A stretch of DNA of 64,000 bases. Origin: Flavobacteriales bacterium UBA6772. Lineage in GTDB: Bacteria > Bacteroidota > Bacteroidia > Flavobacteriales > UBA7430. Positions 56,346 to 64,000 of the stretch are shown piece by piece. The position numbers were made by a program, and so were the translations under genes. The notes below the pieces were generated by a model. It had not been told where the DNA came from. It saw nothing but the letters and a program-made list of their open reading frames with translations, and ran no database searches. The DNA is taken from positions 1,081-65,080 of the forward strand of contig CAJJAI010000001.1 of assembly GCA_905182215.1 (NCBI GenBank). Reading direction: 5' to 3'. Within the stretch, counting starts at the first letter, position 1. Each line of letters opens with the position of its first letter.

Positions 56346-59300
56346 ATGAAAAATGTTAACCTCCTAGGAAAGCTTATTGCAAGTTGTTGCAGTATAGCCT
56401 TGTTCCTTATGTTAAGTGTCTCATTTTCTGCGTCTGCACAACAAAAAGTTGTAGGTGGAGTAGATGTAGATATCAAAGATTATCCATGGCAAGTTGCCTT
56501 AACTTCTAGTCCTTCTGGAAGCGGGTTTTGTGGTGGATCAATCATTGGTGATTCATGGATTTTAACTGCTGCACACTGTGTAAACGGAACAAGTGCTAGT
56601 GGATTGTATATCCGTTGTGGAGCATCTGCTTCCTTTGCTTCAGGAGGAGACTCCTATTCGGTAAATCAAATAATTGTTCACCCAAGTTATTCTGGAAATT
56701 CATATGATTTTGCGTTGGTAGAAATTAACGGTGAGTTTGCATACAACTCTAATGTTCAGAAAATCGATCTTATAGATGAGGCCGAAATTGCTGCTGGAGC
56801 TCAAGATGGAGGAGTTATGTCAACTATTACAGGTTGGGGTACTACGTCATCAGGAGGTTCTTTAGCTTCTGTATTACAGATGGTAGAAGCTCCTATTGTA
56901 AACAATGATGTTGCTTGTGGTTCTACTTCCGATTTAAATGGAAATTCTGGACAATACCCTTGTTCTTCTCTAGATGCATCAATGATATGTGCAGGAGACC
57001 TTATAAATGGTGGAGAAGATGCTTGTCAAGGTGATTCTGGCGGCCCCTTAGCTGTTAGGAGTTCTGATGACTCGCGATGGTTGTTAATCGGAGCTACTAG
57101 TTGGGGTTATGGATGTGCTGACGTTATATACCCTGGTGTATGGTCGAAAGTATCTTATGTTTTAGATTGGATTAATGACAATGCCGATGTAGATAGTGAA
57201 TTCGGATGTATGGATGCTTCTGCATGTAATTATAGTGAAGAAGCTATTTACGATAACGGTTCATGTGCTGAGCTTGACGAATGTGGAGACTGTGGAGGAA
57301 ATGGTCCAGCACCAGGTTACGATTGTGATGGAAACTGTACAACAGGCGAAACGCTAGTTGTTACTATGTCTGACTCTTATGGAGATGGATGGAATGGAAA
57401 TAATTTAGTTGTGAATGGTACTTCTTTAACAATTGGTTCTGGATCTTCAGGTTCCGGAGTTGTATGTTATGACTCTGCTGCAGGTTGTGTTGATGTAACT
57501 TGTGATGGAGGGTCATGGCAAGAAGAAGTTTCTTGGACAATAGCAGATGCTGATGGAAATGTATTACTTTCTGGAGGATCTCCTTTTGTTGGTGCCTTTG
57601 GAGCCGAAGGTTGTGGCCCTGTTTACGGATGTACAGACGATACTTCATTAAACTATGATGCAGAAGCGACTGCAGATGATGGATCTTGTTTATATCCAGT
57701 TGCTGGATGTATGGATTCATTAGCATTAAACTACAATGCGGATGCTATAGAAGACGACGGTTCTTGTAGCTATCCAATAGATTGTTCAGGACTTACCTAT
57801 GTAAATATTGAAGTTGGTGGTGGTTCATGGGCTACAGAAGTTTCATGGGAAATGAATGGCTTACAAGGTCAAGCAGGTTCTACTGAAGCTTGTTTAGAAG
57901 ACGGTTGTTATATCTTTAACATGTACGATTCTTTCGGAGATGGTTGGAACGGTAATACAGTAAATGTATTTGCTGGTGAAGACATTCTTCTTACTGGAAC
58001 TTTAGATTCTGGTTCTGAAGGAGTATTAAGTTTCTCTCTTAATTACGATGGTGAATGTGGTCCTGTTTATGGATGTACAGATTCATTAGCACTTAACTTT
58101 GATCCTTTAGCTACTGCAAATGATAATTCTTGTTTATACCCAACCTTAGGATGTACAGATTCATTAGCACTTAACTATAATGAATTAGCTACCGAAGATG
58201 ATGGTTCTTGTACCTATCCAATAGATTGTGAAGGTTTAACTGCTATAATGATTGAAGTTGGTGGTGGTTCATATGACTCTGAAATCTCATGGGAATTAAA
58301 TGGTCTTGAAGGCGTTTCCGGATCTACCGAATCTTGTTTAGAAAATGGCTGTTATACATTTAATATGGAAGATTCTTACGGTGATGGTTGGAATGGTGCT
58401 ACCGTTTCGATTGCTACCGCAACAGGAGAAGCTTTAGTTTCAGGTACTTTAGAAGCTGGTACTTCTGGCGCTCTAATGTTCTCGTATAACGAAGACTGTG
58501 GTTATGTAAACGGTTGTACAGATTCATTAGCATTAAACTTCGATCCAATAGCAACCATCAACGATGGTTCTTGTGAATACGAGCAAGGAGCTTGTGATGA
58601 TGGTTATGTTTTAGATTGTAACGGCAATTGTGCTTATGAAACTTGGATCGGAGATGGTCTCTGTGATGATGGCTCTTATGCTGAAGGTGGTGTAGATATC
58701 TACTTCAATTGTGAAGAGTTTGGTAATGATGGAGGTGACTGTGAAAACGTTGTTGTTGATTCTTTAGGATGTACCGACCCTAACGCTTCTAATTACAACC
58801 CTAATGCATTTGCAGATGATGGATCATGTGTTTATGATGTTGAATCAGGATGTACAGATGCAGAAGCTCTAAACTATAACCCTAATGCGATAGAAGACGA
58901 TGGTTCTTGTGAATATCCAATCGATTGTGAAGGCTTAACAACTGTAATGATAGATATGTCTGACTCTTTTGGAGACGGATGGAATGGGAATGTATTGACT
59001 ATGAATGGACAATCATTTACTATTGAAAGTGGATCTGAATCTTCTGCAACTGCCTGCTATAATAGTGATGGCGGTGACTGTGCATACGTTTCCTGTGATG
59101 GTGGCTTATGGCAATCTGAAGTATCTTGGACCATTTCTGATATTGATGGAAATGTATTGCTTTCTGGAGGCGCTCCTTTTGATGGTGCTTTTGGTGGAGA
59201 AGATTGTGGTCCAATATCTGGATGTACAGACCCTTCTGCAGTAAATTACAATGAATTAGCAACTGATGATGACGGTTCTTGTGAGTATGTTGCTTCAGGT

Positions 59301-61172
59301 TGTACAGATATAGATGCTCTAAACTACGATTCAGAAGCAATTGAAGATGACGGCTCTTGTGTTTACGAAACAGAATGTACAGGTTACTTAGCTATGCTTA
59401 CAGTAAACTCTGTTGCTTATGGAACAGAACATACTTGGTCTATTACTGATGCAAATGGTGCAACTTTATACGACGGTGGACAGTATGCTAATAACACAGA
59501 GAACACTATCGAACTTTGTTTAGATGCTGATGCTTCTTATTCGATGTCTATTATGGATACGTATGGTGACGGTTGGAACGGAGGAACATTCTCTATCTCA
59601 ACTTCAAACTGTGAACTAGTTTCTGGTGGTCTTGAACAAGGTCAAATAGCAGAATTTGATTTTACTGCATCTTGCGATGACCCATGTGCATCAGTTGAAT
59701 GTCAAGTGGGATATGAATGTGTTAATGGAGACTGTATCTTAATTGAGACATCTGCTCCTTGGGAGATGCTTATTACAGGTTCAAATCATACCATTGTAAT
59801 TGATGGAGAAGCGACTATCGATCTTAACGATATGTCAATTGAAATAGGAGATGCTTTAGGTGTATTCTTTACAGATGACAATGGAGATTTACAATGTGGT
59901 GGATTTGCATATTGGACTGGAAGTACAAACTCTATTGCTGCGCAAGGAGACGATACTACAACCGATGAAATAGACGGATTTACTGCAGGTTCTTCATTCG
60001 TATGGATGATGTGGGATGCTACAGAAAATATGGTTTATGCTGCAAATGCAACCTATTCTGCTGCAATGCCAAACCAAGGAGAGTATACTACAAACGGTAT
60101 TTCTGCACTTGCTGCTTTAGCTACTATGCCAGCAGTTTCAGAGCAAGTAATTTCTATGCCTACAGGTTGGTCAATCTTCTCTACTTATATGGTAGCAGAA
60201 AATATGGACATGGCTGATGTATTAGCGCCTATTTACGATGATTTAGTTATCGCTAAAAACAACGCTGGTTTAGCATACTTACCAGAATGGAACTTTAACG
60301 GAGTAGGAGACTTAGTATTAGGTCAAGCTTACCAAATTAAGTTGAACAATGCGAACGATCTTACAATTGTAGGAACGTATATGGCTCCAGAAGAAAACCC
60401 AATAGCATTAACTGCAGGTTGGAACATGATTGGATACTTACGTATTGAATCTGCGGATGCAGCTGCTGTATTATCTGAAATATACGCAACTGGGAATTTA
60501 GTAATTGCTAAAGACTATAACGGTCAAGCTTACTTACCAGAGTGGGATTTCAATGGAATTGGAGATATGAAGCCAGGTGAAGGTTATCAGTTGAAAATCA
60601 ACAACGACGATGTTCTTACTTACCTGTCTAACGATGATTCTTACAGAATGTCTACTACAGAAGTAACTAACAACAGTCCAGTTTACTTTGAAAAGGTAAT
60701 GCTAACAGATAACAATATGACTATTGTTATAGAAGATGCTGTATGGGATGTACTTCCTACAGTAGGTTCAGAAATAGCTGCTTTCGATAAGGCTGGAAAC
60801 CTAATTGGTTCTGCTACATATACAAGTCCCGTTACGGTACTTACAGTATGGGGAGACGACGCTACTACAAATTCTAAAGATGGATTGGTAGCTTCTGAAG
60901 CTGTAGCGTTTAAAGTATGGTCTAACAACCAAACAGATACTTTCGAAGTATCTAAATGGATTGAAGGTTCTTCTACGTATTCTGTAGATGCTATAAACGT
61001 AGCTTCATCAATTATAACTACTAATTCTCTTACTAATACAATTTCTACAGAAAGAGTATTGGTAAAAGTAATTAATGTACTTGGACAAGAAGTTACTGCA
61101 CAGGATGCATTCAAAGGAGAGGTTCTCTTTAATGTATACAACGACGGTACAGTAGAGAAGGTGGTCAGATAA
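56346..61172 (+). CDS. Large secreted trypsin-like (S1A) serine protease with repeat modules and T9SS-like CTD
   Basis: ASA|QQK-VVGG, FCGGS, LTAAHC, DFAL, EDACQGDSGGP; ten GCxD..DGSC-type repeats, five DSxGDGWNG domains, LNR-like module; C-terminal VKVINVLGQE..YNDGTVEK. Confidence 0.92.
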   Translation: MKNVNLLGKLIASCCSIALFLMLSVSFSASAQQKVVGGVDVDIKDYPWQVALTSSPSGSGFCGGSIIGDSWILTAAHCVNGTSASGLYIRCGASASFASGGDSYSVNQIIVHPSYSGNSYDFALVEINGEFAYNSNVQKIDLIDEAEIAAGAQDGGVMSTITGWGTTSSGGSLASVLQMVEAPIVNNDVACGSTSDLNGNSGQYPCSSLDASMICAGDLINGGEDACQGDSGGPLAVRSSDDSRWLLIGATSWGYGCADVIYPGVWSKVSYVLDWINDNADVDSEFGCMDASACNYSEEAIYDNGSCAELDECGDCGGNGPAPGYDCDGNCTTGETLVVTMSDSYGDGWNGNNLVVNGTSLTIGSGSSGSGVVCYDSAAGCVDVTCDGGSWQEEVSWTIADADGNVLLSGGSPFVGAFGAEGCGPVYGCTDDTSLNYDAEATADDGSCLYPVAGCMDSLALNYNADAIEDDGSCSYPIDCSGLTYVNIEVGGGSWATEVSWEMNGLQGQAGSTEACLEDGCYIFNMYDSFGDGWNGNTVNVFAGEDILLTGTLDSGSEGVLSFSLNYDGECGPVYGCTDSLALNFDPLATANDNSCLYPTLGCTDSLALNYNELATEDDGSCTYPIDCEGLTAIMIEVGGGSYDSEISWELNGLEGVSGSTESCLENGCYTFNMEDSYGDGWNGATVSIATATGEALVSGTLEAGTSGALMFSYNEDCGYVNGCTDSLALNFDPIATINDGSCEYEQGACDDGYVLDCNGNCAYETWIGDGLCDDGSYAEGGVDIYFNCEEFGNDGGDCENVVVDSLGCTDPNASNYNPNAFADDGSCVYDVESGCTDAEALNYNPNAIEDDGSCEYPIDCEGLTTVMIDMSDSFGDGWNGNVLTMNGQSFTIESGSESSATACYNSDGGDCAYVSCDGGLWQSEVSWTISDIDGNVLLSGGAPFDGAFGGEDCGPISGCTDPSAVNYNELATDDDGSCEYVASGCTDIDALNYDSEAIEDDGSCVYETECTGYLAMLTVNSVAYGTEHTWSITDANGATLYDGGQYANNTENTIELCLDADASYSMSIMDTYGDGWNGGTFSISTSNCELVSGGLEQGQIAEFDFTASCDDPCASVECQVGYECVNGDCILIETSAPWEMLITGSNHTIVIDGEATIDLNDMSIEIGDALGVFFTDDNGDLQCGGFAYWTGSTNSIAAQGDDTTTDEIDGFTAGSSFVWMMWDATENMVYAANATYSAAMPNQGEYTTNGISALAALATMPAVSEQVISMPTGWSIFSTYMVAENMDMADVLAPIYDDLVIAKNNAGLAYLPEWNFNGVGDLVLGQAYQIKLNNANDLTIVGTYMAPEENPIALTAGWNMIGYLRIESADAAAVLSEIYATGNLVIAKDYNGQAYLPEWDFNGIGDMKPGEGYQLKINNDDVLTYLSNDDSYRMSTTEVTNNSPVYFEKVMLTDNNMTIVIEDAVWDVLPTVGSEIAAFDKAGNLIGSATYTSPVTVLTVWGDDATTNSKDGLVASEAVAFKVWSNNQTDTFEVSKWIEGSSTYSVDAINVASSIITTNSLTNTISTERVLVKVINVLGQEVTAQDAFKGEVLFNVYNDGTVEKVVR

Positions 61173-61191
61173 TTACTATTCTTAATTTATT

Positions 61192-61224
61192 AAAAAAGGG
61201 GCTCCAATAGGAGCCCCTTTTTTT
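61192..61224 (+). terminator. Intrinsic terminator
   Basis: aaaaaaggggctcc-aata-ggagccccttttttt. Confidence 0.9.
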
Positions 61225-61393
61225 ATGAAAATACTTGTTATCGCTCGCATGTAGACGATTATGTAATTCGTAGGCATCTCATTTAAAGTGTTTTAGGTGC
61301 TATTGTAATTGAGGTTCTATTTAAAAATCGTAAATTCACAATAGAGCTTTTTACCCTCGGGGTTTATCATTTAATGTGTAACATTTAAATTAT

Positions 61394-62212
61394 ATGCTTA
61401 TGAGACTCGAACGTATACTTGTACCGACAGATTTTTCTGAAATTTCTTTAGCAGCTTTTCAAGATGCTGTACAACTTATTAAACACACTCAAATAGAATT
61501 ATATCACATGCATGTGGTAGACTCTCACGATCAAGTTAATAGGGCTAAGATAAAATTAGACCTTATGGCTGAGAAAGTGTTGAAGGAACATAAAACGCAA
61601 GTAAAAAACATTGTACGCGTTGGAGACTTTATGACTTCAATAGGCGACGTTGTATGTGAGATAAACAGCGATTTAGTTGTCATGGCTACTCATGGAATGG
61701 CTGGATTGCAGTGGATTACAGGTAGTAATGCAATGAGGATATTAGGAAGTTCTAGAGCTCCGATACTTATTAGTCAAGGCGCTAAAAAAAATAGTGTAAA
61801 GCACATAGTTGTACCCTTAGATTTTCATTCCGAGTCACGACAAAAGCTAGATATCGCTATTAAAATTGCATCTGCCTATAATGCAAGTATTCATCTTTTA
61901 GTTCAGAGAGAAGAAGACTCCTTATTAGTTGATAAAATGAATAAGATGATAAAGCAAGTCTTGTCTTATTTATCTAATCATAAGGTAGAATACACATTAA
62001 ATTATGAGGACAATACCATTAATTCAGATCGATTGTTGGATTTTGCTCACAAGGTTAAAGCTGATTTAATCACCATCATGAATTACCATGAAGGGGTTTA
62101 TACCGAAATGTTTGGACGCTCTCGCGAGCAAGAGATTATAACCAATAAGTACAAAATCCCAGTCTTATGTGTAAATGCGAAACAAACGTCTAATATTATT
62201 ACTGCATATTAA
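61394..62212 (+). CDS. Universal stress protein (tandem Usp domains)
   Basis: ILVPTDFS, DLVVMATHG..GSNA, IVVPLDF, IPVLCV. Confidence 0.92.
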   Translation: MLMRLERILVPTDFSEISLAAFQDAVQLIKHTQIELYHMHVVDSHDQVNRAKIKLDLMAEKVLKEHKTQVKNIVRVGDFMTSIGDVVCEINSDLVVMATHGMAGLQWITGSNAMRILGSSRAPILISQGAKKNSVKHIVVPLDFHSESRQKLDIAIKIASAYNASIHLLVQREEDSLLVDKMNKMIKQVLSYLSNHKVEYTLNYEDNTINSDRLLDFAHKVKADLITIMNYHEGVYTEMFGRSREQEIITNKYKIPVLCVNAKQTSNIITAY

Positions 62213-62283
62213 TTTTAGCTTAAATTATGTTAGCGTTTAAGTCGTACTTAACATTTATTTAAAGTGTAACTGCATTTTTGTTT

Positions 62284-62312
62284 AAAAAAGGGCTCCAATT
62301 GGGGTCCTTTTT
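62284..62312 (+). terminator. Intrinsic terminator
   Basis: aaaaaagggctcc-aatt-ggggtccttttt. Confidence 0.75.
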
Positions 62313-62404
62313 ATTTTGTTAATAGATTTTTTCATTCCTATTTAAATGCAAAGTATAAATTCATAAATTCGAAACATAAATCTTACCCAGTCTTATTTTT
62401 TTTT

Positions 62405-63655
62405 ATGAAGTCTTGCGCCCCTTTTGTATTTGTTTTAATTGCTTTATTGGCAAGTTGTTCATCTCCTCAATCAGAGGTTTCTGTACAAACAAACCCAGTT
62501 ATTTCTGCACCCGAACCTATAATAGAATATGGTTTTGAGGCGGACACTTTTTTAGTGATTAAAAATGAAATCAAATCAGGGGAATCATTAGGTAAAATAT
62601 TGAACGAATACGGAGTTTCCTATTCCCAAATAGATAAGATAGCTCGAAAGACTAGAAAGACAGAGCAGGATGTACGCTACTTAAAAGCAGGAAATTCTTA
62701 TGCTTTGTTCTGTGTACAAGATACTGCCGGAAGAGAAAATGCTCAAATGTTTATTTACGAAGAAGACAAAATAAACTACGTAGTCTACGATTTTAGAGAC
62801 ACCCTAAAAATATACAAAGCGCAAAAACCAATAGAGATAAAGTTAATTGAAGATGCAGGAGTTATAGAAAAAGGATCAAGTTTTTTCTTAACAGGTGCGG
62901 CTAGTGGTTTATCAGATCGTTTATGTGAAATAATTTCTGATGAAATTTATTGTTGGACTCTAGACTTTAGACATGTTCAACCAGGAGATCGTTTTAAAGT
63001 TCTATATGAAGCAAAGTACTTAGACGGTGAGTTTGTAGGTGTAGGAGAAGTAAAGGCTGCTTATTTCAATCATTTAGGGCAAGATTTTTATGCCTATCCT
63101 TTTAACGATAGTGGTTTTGACGACTACTTCGATCAAGATGGAAAAAATCTACGTAAGTTCTTTTTGAAAACGCCCGTAAAGAACAGTCGTATATCCTCTA
63201 AGTTTTCAAGAAACAGATTCCATCCGGTACAAAAAAGATGGAAATCTCACAAAGGGACAGATTATGCAGCTCCAAGAGGAACACCAATTTGGTCTACTGC
63301 CGATGGTGTTGTTGTTGCATCAACGTATACGAAATACAATGGGAATTATGTAAAAGTCCGCCATAATGGAACCTATACTACTCAGTATTTACACATGTCT
63401 AAAATTGCCAAAGGCGCAAAGGTAGGTGCTCACGTAAAACAAGGTGAGACTATAGGATATGTAGGGAGTACTGGCTTAGCAACAGGACCGCATGTCTGTT
63501 ATAGATTCTGGAAAAACGGTTCTCAAGTTGATCCATTTAAGAGTAAATTACCTCCTTCAGATCCAATTTCTACCTCTTCGAGACCCAATTTCGAATTGTT
63601 TAGAGATAGCCTTGGTGCTGTATTGGATAGTATCCCTTATCCTGAGGCTCTTTAA
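62405..63655 (+). CDS. M23 family peptidoglycan DD-metalloendopeptidase (lipoprotein)
   Basis: LASC lipobox; RISSKF..RFHPV, HKGTDYAAP.GTP, YLHMS, GLATGPHV. Confidence 0.92.
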   Translation: MKSCAPFVFVLIALLASCSSPQSEVSVQTNPVISAPEPIIEYGFEADTFLVIKNEIKSGESLGKILNEYGVSYSQIDKIARKTRKTEQDVRYLKAGNSYALFCVQDTAGRENAQMFIYEEDKINYVVYDFRDTLKIYKAQKPIEIKLIEDAGVIEKGSSFFLTGAASGLSDRLCEIISDEIYCWTLDFRHVQPGDRFKVLYEAKYLDGEFVGVGEVKAAYFNHLGQDFYAYPFNDSGFDDYFDQDGKNLRKFFLKTPVKNSRISSKFSRNRFHPVQKRWKSHKGTDYAAPRGTPIWSTADGVVVASTYTKYNGNYVKVRHNGTYTTQYLHMSKIAKGAKVGAHVKQGETIGYVGSTGLATGPHVCYRFWKNGSQVDPFKSKLPPSDPISTSSRPNFELFRDSLGAVLDSIPYPEAL

Positions 63656-64000
63656 ATTTCAGAAATACGTGTTGTGTTTTTGTGTTTTGATGGATTTGTA
63701 AGAATGTTAATGTATTTTTCTACAACTTCAGCAACCTTACTTAGTTCTCCTTTTTCATGGTATCCTTGAAATTCTTTTAATCGAGGAAATTCCTTTTCAT
63801 CTGCAAAACGTATATCATTTTGCATAGGAGTATCTACTTTCCCAGGAGCAATAGAGAGGTTAATGATATCTTCATGTTCCTCATCTATACATTTACTAAG
63901 CATGTCTAATCCTGCTTTAGCAGAGCAATACGTATTCCAACCTTCTACAGGGCTGTGAGAAGCACCCGAACTAATACTTAAAATTACTTTTTGAGCTTCA
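63652..64000 (-). CDS. SDR family oxidoreductase (benzil/sepiapterin reductase-like), 5' part outside window
   Basis: Frame is open to the window edge: ILSISSGASH..EGWNTYCSAKAGLDM, APGKVDTPMQ. Confidence 0.8.
   Translation of the reverse strand, partial: EAQKVILSISSGASHSPVEGWNTYCSAKAGLDMLSKCIDEEHEDIINLSIAPGKVDTPMQNDIRFADEKEFPRLKEFQGYHEKGELSKVAEVVEKYINILTNPSKHKNTTRISEI

Noticed and set aside
57600-59370. Recurring DNA repeats such as ggatgtacagattcattagc separated by variable sequence, superficially CRISPR-like
   Set aside because: They are in-frame GCTD protein repeats with synonymous variation and irregular spacing; no cas genes.
61192-62312. Near-identical terminator hairpins flanking the usp gene as mobile-element ends
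   Set aside because: Short GC stems with A/T tails are explained as ordinary terminators; no target duplication or transposase.
73-63701. Many short alternative-frame or antisense ORFs in the track (e.g. 73..369, 19378..19749, 57364..57726, 60683..61141)
   Set aside because: They lie within or across well-supported genes and have no recognisable motifs; shadow ORFs.
1-64000. tRNA, rRNA, riboswitch or T-box elements
   Set aside because: No cloverleaf or recognisable conserved RNA motif seen by eye, and synthetase leaders are too short for T-boxes; an Infernal/tRNAscan run would be needed to exclude them formally.

Overview
AT-rich chromosomal window from a Bacteroidota bacterium, most likely a Flavobacteriales. 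The evidence is TAnnTTTG -7 promoters, T9SS C-terminal sorting domains, signal peptides cleaved before Gln, and the GT2-pyrC-DUF4296-epimerase-tyrS-LuxE-like synteny. About 46 CDS, mostly housekeeping (AddAB-like pair, lysS, lipB, uvrC, polA, cysS, lspA, ileS, metG, pyrC, tyrS). No rRNA, tRNA, CRISPR array, transposase or phage gene was recognised. Most interesting observations: (1) three unlinked secreted proteins built from a shared kit of unnamed modules, including a 1608-aa trypsin-like protease with a sigma54-like promoter; (2) a translationally coupled VTC polyphosphate-polymerase / DUF4956 / DUF2490 / acidic T9SS protein cassette inside a kynurenine-catabolism-like gene set; (3) a SusD-less TonB receptor plus secreted endonuclease I plus lamin-tail protein, a candidate extracellular nucleic-acid foraging locus; (4) tandem MarR paralogs followed by a palindrome-overlapped promoter that appears to drive only a ~95-nt RNA; (5) a chromosomal TetM/TetB(P)-like GTPase behind uvrC-hslR; (6) REP-like doublets and strictly periodic intergenic mini-repeats; (7) an ABC ATPase that seems to need a non-canonical start codon. 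All calls come from motif recognition by eye; no database searches were run.
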